Positions 36,048-48,208 of a DNA stretch of 64,000 nt are shown one piece after another. Every line of letters begins with the position of its first letter. Position 1 is the stretch's first letter. The stretch comes from Vicugna vicugna (taxonomy: Eukaryota): positions 613,597 to 677,596 of the forward strand of contig MU057984.1 in NCBI GenBank assembly GCA_013265495.1, read 5' to 3'. A program made the position numbers and the translations under genes. Under the pieces are notes generated by a model. The model saw nothing but the letters and a program-made list of their open reading frames with translations. It did no database searches and was not told the origin of the DNA.

Positions 36048-37399
36048 TGTTTGTTCTTTAGCAAGACCATTTCAGAAGTGATGTTTTATAGTTTAATTGG
36101 GAGTTATATAATATCTGTATAATTTCCTTTTTGGTGATCCTGGCACTCTGATAATTAAAACCAGTATCCATTCTTTATTATGGGCTTAATTTACTAACTG
36201 AAATTCTTCTGTAAGTGGAAATACATCCTTGTCTGCCATTTGTTTATCCTGAGGTATTTTTATAATATATTTCTAGTATTCACTTATAATATTTAAATCT
36301 CCTCTGTACCTAGATTTCACACTGTATTATTCGACTAATATCACTTATTTCTATTTCTTTTTTAATTGATAATACTTACAAAATTATCTGTCACATAGAT
36401 CTGACCTAAAAATTGGCTTTTGTGAGTTGACTACTGTCTTCTAACTCACCAATTTTACATTTATGTTTCTTATTTCTTACCTTCTTCTTTGGATCTAAAG
36501 TTCAATTCTTTGTCTAACTTTTTGAAATGTTTGGATATTTCATATATGTCTTTTAAATAAGCTTATTTAAGGCTATAAATATACTTCTGAAAACCACTTG
36601 ATCTGCTTCAAACAACTGGTTCTATAAAGCATATTACTTAGACCCTTAAAATTTTTATAATATATGTAAACACTACTGAGTGAAGAAAGTTTTCTTGAGA
36701 AAGCTGTAAGAGAAAGAGAATGACAGAGTTTTACTTAAATGAGGTTTCAAGGTCTAGAGGTGTTTTTTTTCCCCCAGGGGTGTTTTGCTTTATTTTGGTT
36801 ATTAATCATAAAGGAGACATGAAAACTAGTGAAAGAGAATGCTAGTGACACAGCTGAGTTTAACGAATTCACTGCCAACTTAACAATAAAAATCAGTTAA
36901 TATAATTCTTCATCTGTAACAATTAGGGTTGTCTAAAGGGTCTAAATATATAAATCAGAGGATATTTAATGCAGGAAATTGGTCATGCAAGTGATACAGC
37001 CAAATAGAGAAGAGTCAGGAAGACTAATGCTTAGCAACTTGTGAATGTCACTCCCACATCTATCCTAAGAGAGACAAATAGAGGAAATAGTGTTACCAGA
37101 GCCTAGATGTTGGGGTCAATGGGATCTGGAACCATGGTGGGCTAATCCGATAGGGGCTGGAATCAAGAGAAGATACAGCAATTAGGGCAGAAGCTACCTA
37201 GTGCAAAGATGAAGGAGAGAAGTGCTGGGCACTCCCATCCTGCTGGGGCCTAATCTCCTTTAGTTTCTCCTGTTGGCTGAACTATGTTGGCATCTTGAGT
37301 TTGGAAAGCTTAGGAATTGGGAGTCAAACACTGAATAGAATAGTATAGAGCAGAGCAAGTGTGAAGAAGGGATCTGAGGACAAACAGGTTAAGGACTAG

Positions 37400-39625
37400 C
37401 ATACTGCAACAGATCAATAGAGAAAAATCGTATCTAAATTGATAGAGAAAAGTTTTCATAAAAATAATGACTCATTCAATATAAAAGATATGTTCTGAAA
37501 CTAAAGTATATCTACAAAAATCCTAGAGTAAAAAAATTATATCTTATGTCTAAAATTTCAAATCTTTTATTTTAATATTGAGTAGACAAAAATGCTATCA
37601 TCATCTTTATTCTACATTTTAATAAAGATACTACATAGGAAAGTAATGGGAAATAGAAGTAATCAGCAATACGAATTGGAAAATAAGAAATAATGCTAGT
37701 ATAATTAAACATGAACAATGTATATATGAGGGAAATCTATAAAAGAAAAGCTATTAAATCAATAAAATGTTTTTAAACAAAATTATTGAGTATAAGATCA
37801 ATATACAAAAGTTTACTTTTTCTATATCTAGATAGTATGAAGATGAAATTAAATAAAAACAACTTACAAATTACCATAATAAACATTTGATGCCTAAAAA
37901 TAAATATAAAAAGTTTAAGAACTCTATGGAAAACATTATATGGCTACTGTTTACTGGAATTACTAAAGACCGAGCTAAATAGAGAAATATTAGATGTTTT
38001 TACATGGAAGATTCAATATTATAAACATATTATTTCTCTCCACATTTAATCTACTAATGACTGTAATGACTCTTCCTCAGCAAAGCCACATAATTTTTGT
38101 GTGAATGTTTATGTACATGTGCATGCATGTGTAAATCTTAACAAGGTAATTCTAAAATTTAAATTGACTTGCAACTGTCTATGAATAGCCAATATACTCT
38201 TGAGAAAGAAAGATAATAATGTTAAGAATTATGAAAATACTATAGTAATAAGAATTTTTGGTATAGATGTGGATATAGATAAACAGACTAAAAGAACAGA
38301 ATAGTGTGTTCCAAAACAGACCCACTACATGTCATTTCCAGATTTTTTGAAAGCTAGCTACTGTAGTGAAGTTGGGGGAAAGAACAGTGTTTTCATTTAA
38401 AAAAATTACAGTGGAATATTTTGATATCCATATCAAACAGAAAATGTAACTAAAATTCTCCCTCACACTTAATACAAATTCCAAGTAGATTAGTAACCCA
38501 CTTTAAAATTTTTTACTCTGAAAATTTTCAGACTTACATAATAGAAGGGAGTATCACATTAGCAGATTTAAATGAATAAATCATACCTAAATTGTTTTAA
38601 CAGGTGTACAAAAATCAGCATTCATTCCTAATGAAAATGTGTTATCATACTAGATAAAATGTATAAAGCTCTACAGTAAATATTATACTTCATATTGAAT
38701 CATTGAGAACTTTTACTTTAAACTTGGGAAGGAGGCAACAACATTTGCTATCACCATTTCTATTCAATGTTTTAATGAAGATACTATATAGGGAAGTAAT
38801 GGAAACAATAAATCAAAGGGATTATGATTGGAAAATAAGAAACAAATTTGGCATCATTAACAAATGATTAGAATGTATATGACAAAAATTTACTACTAAT
38901 AAACCATCAATTAAAAAAGTGTTTATAAAGGTTGCTGGGTTTAATATTAATATGTGAAAATATACTTGCATCTGTGGCAATAAAAAGTATGAAAATGAAA
39001 TTAAACAAAATATAACTTGTACATTACCATAACAAAATACGTGGGATCTATAAGTAAATATAATTCTAAAAATGCATCAACTCAATGGGAAATATTTGCT
39101 GATATTAGAGAAATTAATGAATGCCTAACTACATGAAGAAATACATGTTTGTAGATAGAAGATTTAATATTATGACCATGTTAATTCTCCCCAAATTTAA
39201 TCTACAGATGACTGTTCCTCTCCTACAAATAAAATCCCACAGGTTTGTGTGTGAATGTGCATATGTGTAAGTGTTTGAAACATGACAAGCTGATTATGAA
39301 TTTAAATTTCAGTTGACTTGTAAATGTCCCAAAAGATACATCTTCTTGAAAAATTAAAGTAAAATATAGCTTACTCTACCAGATATTAAGAATTACTAAA
39401 AACCTATATTCCTACCGACAGTGTAGGAGGGTTCCTATAATAATCAAGACCTTGTGGCATAAGTACAGGCATAGGTAAACAGACCAAAGTAATCAAAGTA
39501 ACACTTTGGTGTCTCCAAACAGAACTGCCTGTACATGGTTGGTTGATACATTAAAAATGTGCCATTGCAGAGAAGTGGAGAAAGAGCAGTAAGTTTCTAA
39601 ACAAATGACAGTGAAACAGTTGGTT
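37400..39625 (+). repeat. Ancient L1 ORF2 remnant present twice in tandem (period about 1.15 kb)
   Basis: 37627 gatactacataggaaagtaatggg...attggaaaataagaaa versus 38780 gatactatatagggaagtaatgg...attggaaaataagaaa. Shared gtgtgaatg...gtgcat tract at about 38100 and 39250. Confidence 0.7.
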
Positions 39626-40334
39626 CTAGAAGAATTTAGACTAGGGGTCTAGTCCCAGCTCTGTCACATTCTAGCTGTATGAACATGGGTACATTACCAA
39701 AGTTTATGAGCCTCAGGCTCTTCATCTGTTAAGAGGGTTTGATAAGCCCTGTTTTCTAGGAGTATTGGAATATATGTAATATATATAAAGTGCATATCAC
39801 AGTGCCAGGCATATCTCAGGTGATTAATAGTTTATGAATGTATGTTTCAGAGAACATGACGTGCTATAGGATATGGAATAGCAAATTAAACAAAATGCTG
39901 CTTTGCAAGTAAAACTTCATCAATTTCCTCCATCTGAAGACATATTATTCAATTTGAGTGTTGGGGAGACTTCTCTAATTGGATGCAACTCAACTCCTAA
40001 AATTTTTGTGAAACACCATCTTCTTCTATCTGTCCCAACTACCTTTCCATCCAAACCACCCCTATTTTCATTCATCCCACTACAAGCAGAAATCTAGCCC
40101 TCATTTGTAGATTTACAAAATTATAGTCAAGATAACCTAAGTTAAATGTCCTTTTTTAATGGAGCAGGCTTGGGCTCTCTCAGGAGGAAAAAAAAAAAAA
40201 GGTAAATCTCAAAGTTCCCCATACAGAACAAGATTACAAAGATTTTATACACTGGGTTCCCTCTAGCCTCACTTTGATCCTCCACTACTTAGAATGTGCA
40301 CTTCTCTCTTTATTTACAATGTAAAGAACCTGCC

Positions 40335-41313
40335 TCAGACTTCAGGAGGGGTAGGAATAACTACTGGCCATAGCCGTGCAATTTGCCTTGGCCATGGCAG
40401 TAGTGCCAGCCCTGGCAGCAGCTCTGGCTCAGGCTCTCTCTTCCGCATCTCTGCATGCCTCTTCGTAACAGAACTGGAAGACACTGGGATAGCACTGATA
40501 ACCCTGGCTGAAACTTCTAAGATTTTCATCTTGCAGGTTTCAACTTGAGCTCTTGAACCCCACAGAAAATCACAGTGTGGAGGATCACTGTTGGGAACCT
40601 GCTCCTACTCCAGGTACTTTCCCTGCATCAAATTCTCTGGTGGCAAGTTTCTTGGGCTCCCACCAAATTAATTGCCTCCTCTCAACATACAATATTCAGG
40701 AATTCCAAGATCTCTTACTCAGGGGCATAACTGCTAATCATGAAGATTACACTCAGGAGAGGCATCACGAGTCCAGTCTTACGCATATCCTACCACCACT
40801 CAAACTCCCTTTGCTGGTGATGCCCAACTTGCTGACAAGGGCATAGGAGTGACTTGTGGGGTTGACTTCTTCCACACTAATACCAAAGATCAGCTTCACG
40901 TACTTAGAGGTTCACCTGAGGATTTCAGGGAAGTAGCGCTTGTACTTTGTGTTGACAATCTCTGGCGTGTCTGCTTTTGTAGTGGGTTTTATACTTGTGC
41001 AGCAGGAACTGCACCGTCAACTGCACTACTCTTCCTCATTAGAAGGCCTCTGTGTGAGCTCCTAATTAGGAGTGGAGCCTCAGAGGCGCTTGTCCTTTTC
41101 TTGTCTTGGAACTTGGCACCTTTATCTGACCTTGTGCATGGAACACCTACAGAAGCAATGGTAGTGGATATGGCTCTCTCTCTCTGAGGTTTCTGGGAAC
41201 ACCAGCAGTGGGGAGGCTCTGGGGAATACCCCCCCAAATAGGACAGTGTGTGTGTGACTTTGGGCTTTGTGGTGTTTTTCAGCACACTGCTTACTCCTCT
41301 ACTCTCAAGGCAT
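40335..41313 (-). pseudogene. MAGE-B pseudogene (MPRGQKSK-type N-terminus), multiple stops and frameshifts
   Basis: ATG at 41313 reads ATG CCT TGA GAG TAG AGG AGT AAG (M P * E * R S K, compare MPRGQKSK). The MHD C-terminal motif FLWGSRAQVETCKMKILEVSARV lies at about 40500-40570, and the 3' end is colinear with 28393-28560. Upstream acceptor ctcccgcctccAG at 41382-41381. Confidence 0.9.
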
Positions 41314-41541
41314 GGTGACACTACACTGGTCAGAGACATCAAGCAGAAGTGTGAGCGGGAGAGCAGGTAATGCCAGTCCACTGGAGGCGGGAGGATAGAG
41401 GGGAGGGTATGCTCAACTTCAACAAGGAGATACTTCCTTGGCTGTAATAAAGATAACTATTGCAGGTTTCTTTGAGGGCACTGCTCTAGGAACCCATAGG
41501 GCTCCTGTTCTTCTGATCATCCTGTCCCCTGAGATCTCTGG

Positions 41542-42024
41542 TGTAGTGGATTGAATTGTGTGCCCCCAAAAGATGTGTTCAAGACCCATTCCCCAGTACC
41601 TGTGAATGTGACCCTATCTGGAAATAGGATCTTTATAAATGTAATCCAGTTAAGATGTGGTTATACTGAAATAGGGTGGGCCCTAAATGTAATGACTGGT
41701 ATCTCTGTAAGAGAAAAGAGAGGGAGATTTGGATACAGAGACACAGAAGAGACACAGAGAAAAGAAAGCCAAGTGATGGCAAAAGAGAGATTGGAGTGAT
41801 GATGCCTCTATAAGCCAAAGAATACCAAAGATTGCTGGCAAACCACCAGAAGCCAGGAGAAAAGCATAGACTAGGTTCTCCCTAAGAGCCTCCAGAAGGA
41901 ACCAACACTGCCAACAACTCGATTTGGAACCTCTGGCCTCCAGAACTGTAACTGAATAAATTTCTAGTTATTTTAGCTACCAAATTTGTGGTACTTTGCT
42001 ATGGCAGTCCTAGAAGCTAATACA
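41542..42024 (+). mobile_element. MaLR MLT1-type solo LTR inserted upstream of the MAGE pseudogene
   Basis: TGTAGTGGATTGAATTGTGTGCCCCCAAAAG...ggcctccagaactgtaactgaataaatttc...ctatggcagtcctagaagctaatACA. Confidence 0.9.
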
Positions 42025-42490
42025 CCTAGGGAGAAAGTTACAGGGCGCCTTAGGTTGAGGCCTTCCAGCCCTGTCTGAGGTGTACTGGGGTGACAGCAAG
42101 GGCTAGAATTGGTGTTCCCTCTGTTCTGGAGTGAGTTGTACTCTTAGTTCACACTCAAGATCATCATATTAACTATTAACTAGGTTTGGATCCCCTCCTC
42201 TCTGCTGCACTGAAGTTGACACTTCAAACCAAGGCACTTACTTCCCTGAGGCCTCAGGAAGAAGTGCCTCGGCCACTTCTCCTACCATAGGATACCTACT
42301 ACTTATTATTCTGTTGGTCCCTATCTGTTAAGATACTTGTACCCTAATTACTGAAGGAGTGCCCTCACCTTGGCTCCAGATAGCACCTGGGACTGCTCCT
42401 TTTGGTGACCAATGGCTAACCTAGAGACCAAGGATATCATCCTTTCAGATCTGATATAAAGAAGTGAATAGGACCCTCAGTCTGGCTTGG
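42025..42490 (-). repeat. Two or three residual MAGE promoter/first-exon units upstream of the pseudogene
   Basis: Same motifs as the 29.8-34 kb array (ggggtgacagc, ctctgctgcactg, aaaccaaggcacttacttccctgag, gccctcaccttgg, gaagtga). Truncated by L1 at about 42.5 kb. Confidence 0.65.
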
Positions 42491-44077
42491 AGGACTGACC
42501 ACAGAAACTATGGAAACATAACAATCCTAATAGGTATATCCTTAAAGAAGAATTTCAAAAACAAAACAAAAACTGAAGGAAGTGAATGGACTTGTAAACA
42601 AGTTCACAATTATATCAGGGATTTAAACACCTCTCTCTAAGGGATCAACAGTCACAGTAGAAAGGAACTCATCAAGGATTTAGAGGATATAAATATAGGA
42701 TAAAGGATATAGAACTGAACAGCATCACAATCCAATAGGATACAACTAATGTTTATAGAACACGATTCAACACAATAGAATACACATTGTTTTCAAGCAC
42801 ACATAGAATATTTATCAAGTGAGACCACATCCTGAGTAATTAAAAAAAAAAAAACCTTAACAAAGGTAAAAGAATGAAATCACGCAGAGTGTATTCTGTA
42901 AATATAATGGAATGAAGCTTGAAATCAATAACAGAAATAGAACAGGGAAATCTCCAAACCACTGGAAATTAAACAGCATACCCCTAAAGATTCTATGGAT
43001 CAAAGAGGGCTTCTCAAGATAAATTTTTAAAATATGTTTGAATTAATGAAAAGTAAAATACAATATACTAAAGTCTATGGGATGTAAGTAAGGCAGTGAT
43101 TAGATAAATAAACAGATGACTGGATAAAGAAGATGTGATATATTTATACAATGGAATACTATTCAGCCATAAAAACGACAACATAATGCCATTTGCAGCA
43201 ACACGGACGTCCCTGGAGAATGTCATTCTAAGTGAAGTAAGCCAGAAAGAGAAAGAAAAATACCATATGAGATCACTCATATGTGGAATCAAAAAAAAAA
43301 AAAAGAACATAAATACAAAACAGAAACAGACTCATAGACATAGAAAACAAACTTGTGGTTGCACCCTTAACTTGTGCTCCTTTCAACAAATGTTAATTTA
43401 ACAAAGACATACCAGGAGTGTTGAACATTCTCTCTCAACAAATAGCAGAACAACCAGATACAAAATCAGCAAGGATATAGAACCACCAACCAACAGAATC
43501 TAACAAGCATCTATAGAACATTATACACAAAATTAGGAGAATGCACATTCTTTCTAAGATTCCATGCAACATATACCAAGATAGACCATATTCTAGTTAA
43601 TAAAACAAACTTCAACAAACAGAAAATAATTATAATCATACACAGTGTGCTCTCTGATCATCATGAAATCAATACTGAAATCAATAACAGAAGAACAACA
43701 AGAAAACTCCAAATATATGGAAACTAACTTGGAACTAAAAGTAAATAAATAACACTTTAAATCATCCATAGGTCAGAGAGAAGTCTCAAAATACACTCAA
43801 CTGAATTAAAATGAACATACAACATTTCAAAATTTGTGGGGCACAGCTAAAGCAATGCCGAGAGTGAAATTTATAACACCAAGATACTAAGTTAGAAAAG
43901 CAGAAATGTCTCACATCAGTAATTTCAACTTACACCAAAAGAACCTAGAGAAAGAATAAATAAATAAAACCAAAGCAAGAGAAGGAAGAAAATGATAGAG
44001 AGCAGAACTTGATGAAATTGTAAATAAAACAAAACAAAAAATGAAGATAATCAATTAAAGTAAAAGCTGGTCTTCTC

Positions 44078-44113
44078 TGTGTGTGTGTGTGTGTGTGTGT
44101 ATGTGTGTATGTG
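44078..44113. repeat. (GT)n microsatellite
   Basis: Read directly. Similar (TA)n/(CA)n tracts occur at about 20722-20762, 44983-45007, 46150-46195 and 56897-56942. Confidence 0.95.
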
Positions 44114-44977
44114 CCCATGTGTTTTGGAATGATCAATAAAACAACACATCTCTAGCAAGACTGAAAAAGAAAAAAGGGAGAAAACAAAAGTTACCAAGGT
44201 CTGAAATTAATATGAGACTATCATGCAGACAGAAAATAATAATAATGATGTTAATTATTGACATAATTCAGCATCTATTTATGATAAACTCTTAGGATAT
44301 AATAGAGGGGAATTACCTCAACTTGATAATGAACATCTAAAAACCCCTAAATTTGACATTATACTTAATAGTGGAAGACTGAATGACTTTTTCTTAAGAT
44401 CAAGGACAAGGCAAAAATATTCACTCTCACCACTGCTATTTAGCATATTACTAGAATGTCTAGCTAGCACAATAAGGCAATAAAGGAAATAAAAGTCATA
44501 AGGATCATACATAAATAGATACTGTCCCTCTTTGAAGAATTCATAACTTTGTACATTTAAAAATCGCAATGAATGGATAAAGAAGATGTAGTGTATATAT
44601 ACAATGGAATATTACTCAGCCATAAAAAGAATGAAATAATGCCATTTGCAGCAACATGGATAGACCCAGAGATTATCATAGTAAGTGAAGTCAGACAGAG
44701 AAAGACAAGTATCACATGATATCTCTTATATGTGGAATCTAAAAATAATAATGACACAAATGAACTTATTTACAAAACAGAAACAGACTCACAGACATAG
44801 AAAACAAACTATGGCTACCAAAAGTGAAAGGGGTGGGGGGAAGGGATAAACTAGGAATTTGGGATTAACATATATACTCTATGATATACAAAATACATAA
44901 ACACAAAGACCTACTATATAGCACAGGGAACTATATTAAATATCTTGCAATAACCTGTAATGGAAAAGAATCTGGAA

Positions 44978-45008
<31 letters not shown>

Positions 45009-46141
45009 TTGAATCACTTTGCTGTACACTCAAAACTAACACAACATTGTAAATCAACTATACTTCTATTTTAAAAAAATCCCAAGAAATCTACAACTCT
45101 TAGATCTAATACAGCAGCAAGTTTGCAAACTATAACAGCAATATGAAAAAATCAACTGTATTTCTATACACTAATAGTGAACACATAGAAACTATAAATG
45201 CAATACCACAGACAATTGCTCAGAAAAAACCTAACTCTGAAATACATAAGTGTAAATTGAACAAAATATTTTTAGGCACCATATGCAGAAAAGTACAAAA
45301 AATTACTGAAAGAGATAAAAGAATATCTAAATAAATGGAGAGATATAATATGTTCATTGATTAAAAGACTCAATGTAGTAATAATCTCAATTTTTGTTAA
45401 ATTGATAAACAAGTTTAACACAATTCCTATAAAAAATTCAGCAAGATTTTTTACATGTATAGTTAATCTTACATAAAAATTAATATGGAAAGGGAAAGGA
45501 TCTAGAAAAGCTAAAATAATTTTTGAAAAGAAGAGTAAAAATGGGAAGAATCTCTTTATCAGATTTCAAGATCTATCAAATATTTGCAGGAATCAAGACT
45601 CTGTCATATTGGTGGCTAGATGGACATACAGATGAATAGATCAGAATAGAGACCAAGGAAATATCCCCCATGTAAGTATGGACAATTGATTTTCAACAAA
45701 GTAGCAAAAGTGATAAATGGAGGAAGGACAGATTTTACAAAAACTAAATGCTGGAGCAATTGAACATCCATGGGGGAAAAATGAATTCTGACTTAAACCT
45801 CCCATCTTATACAAACAAATTCAAATGTTACATAGATTTAAATATAAAACATACAGGTATAAAACTTTTAAAAGAAAATGTAGGAGAAAATTTTGGGGAT
45901 ATACTGATTTTAGACATTATACCAAAAACACAATCCATAAAAGAAAAGATTGATAAATTAGATTTCATCAAATTAAAAAAAAATTATCCATGAAAAATCT
46001 TCTCTAGAGAATGAAAATACAAGCCACAGAAAATATTTGCCAAATCACATATGTACAAGATTCATATATAGAATATCTAAAGACCTCTGAAAACTCAACA
46101 TTTAAAAAAGGAAACTAATTAGAAAATTGACACAAGGCATT

Positions 46142-47180
46142 ATGAAGTTATATATATACACAATATATACATACATATATATATATATATATACATGCAT
46201 GTATATTGTTCTCTGTTCCCAGTTTTTGGCAGAGTTCCTAAAACTTGTAATTTCCTAAGTAATAAGAATACTAGAAACATCTCTTGTTCTAATACTTTCT
46301 GACACAGAGTACCTAAAACCCTCGTAAATTCCTAAGTAATAAGAGCACTAGGAGCAGCTTTTTTTCTACTGAGGTGACTCTGGATGGCCTCCCGGATGGC
46401 TCCTGGATGGCAGCTGGTCACCAGGAAGACAAAGTCATGATTTGAAACTTAGAAGTTTCAGCCCCACCCCTCATTCTCCAGAGAGGGAGAGGGGCTGGAA
46501 ATGGAGTTGATAATTGATCTTGCCTACATGAGAAAATCTTCATAAAATCCCAACTGTATCGGGTTTTGGGAGCTTCCAGGATGGAGAACACATCTGCATT
46601 GGGAGGGTGATGCACCCCAACTCCATGGGGACAGAAACTCCTATGCTCAGGACCTCCCAGACCTCACCCTATGTATCTCTTCATCTAGTTGTTCATCTGT
46701 ATCCTGTATCATATCCTTTAATAAATGGGTAAATGTTAAGTAAGTGTTTCCTTGAGTTCTGGAAGCCTTTCTAGCAAATTAATCAAACCCAAGGAAGGAG
46801 TCTTTGGAATCTCTGATCTAGTATTGGTTAGTCAGAAGCAGAAATGACAACCTGGGCTTGCAACTGGCATCTGAAGTTGAGGGGGGCAGGGCACAGGCAC
46901 TCCTGTGGGAGTGAGTCCCTAACCTGTGGGATCTGATGCTCTTTGCGGGTAGACAGTGATAGAATTGAGTTAAATTGTAGGACCCTCAACTGGTGTTTCA
47001 GAGAATTACTTGTTGCAGGGGGAAAAAACCTCCAAACATTTGGTGACCGAAAGTGTTAGAAAGTGTGAGTGTTCTGTATGAGTAATAAGGAAGACACACA
47101 GGGGAAAAACACACATAGTAGGAAAGAATTGAGTTTTTCCCTACACAGGAAGGTTGAAAACTGAGTTTTTTTCTTATACA
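46142..47180 (+). mobile_element. MER21-like LTR nested in L1
   Basis: ggagggtgatgcaccccaactccatggggacagaaactcct...agaattgagttaaattgtaggac...acatttggtgaccgaaagtg matches the MER21 pattern as I recall it. Confidence 0.7.
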
Positions 47181-47399
47181 GACATGAAGGCAGATTTCCC
47201 TGAAAAGGACGTACACATAGTAAAAAAGTACATGAAAACAAGTTCAACTTCACTAGACTTCAGGGAAATACAAATTAAGGACCATGATGAGATATCACTA
47301 CATACTTACCAGAACAGCTGAAATTAAAATAAATAATAATAATATCAAATGTTGGCAATGATCCAGACACTGGATCACTCATAGATTGCTGGTAGGAAC

Positions 47400-48208
47400 T
47401 GATGAAAGAAATTTTCACTTAAGTTATTCTGGCTTATACATGATGATGTCATTTAAACTAATGCTAATTAGAGCAGCCTGCTTGTGGCCTATCAAACATA
47501 CATTATACATCTGCTTTAAGTATTAAAGAAAGGAATGCACTTAAAAATCAAAATGGAGTGACTATGGTTCAGGCATTCATCTTGTTCTTTTTTTTAAAAT
47601 TTTACTTATTTATTATTGTATAATTTAATTATTTTATTTTGGTGGTTGTGGGGGGAGGTAATTAGACTTATTTATTTTTAGAGGAGGTACTGGGGATAGA
47701 ACCTAGGACCTTATGCATGCTAAGCAAGCACTCTACCACTTGAGCTATACCCTTCCCTGGTTCAGGCATTCAAAATGGAGGTGGGTGGTCACTGTGGATG
47801 TAGTTGCAGACATATTCCTGCATCACTGAGAACCTAAACTCTCTGGACTGTATCAGACTTAAGGACACCATCAGCCATTTTCAAAACAGTATCTGCTAGC
47901 AGCTGCCAGCTGCAATCTTATGGTCTCAAGGTCTCCCCTTCTAATTGTGTGACCATTTTAGACCCCAACCAATCCTTACCTAATAAGCACCCTTACTTCT
48001 TAACAGCTCCAATTAAAATTCTTGACAAACAACTTGTGTAATTTTGTGTTTTTTGCCTTTATAAGTCTTCCCTATTTTGTAGTCCAGTAGAACAATATTC
48101 CAGTGCTTCTTGAATCTGTGTCTCCTGGCCTATAGCTTTCAGTTTGGCTCATATAAAACTCTTTTATATTCCTATTACAGATTGGATTATTGATTATTTC
48201 TGTCAACA
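47400..48208 (+). mobile_element. ERV1-type solo LTR nested in L1 (carries the SINE)
   Basis: TGATGAAAGAAAT...ATTTCTGTCAACA imperfect inverted termini, with tttataag (TATA) at about 48058. L1 sequence resumes on both sides. Confidence 0.72.
47580..47757 (-). mobile_element. tRNA-derived SINE (Vic-1-like) inserted into a solo LTR
   Basis: Same head sequence, with a perfect 15-bp TSD tggttcaggcattca at 47565-47579 and 47758-47772. Confidence 0.92.

Noticed and set aside
40989..41381. 130-aa ORF as an intact short MAGE protein
   Set aside because: GTG start, out of frame with the ancestral ATG for its first part, and no intact MAGE domain.
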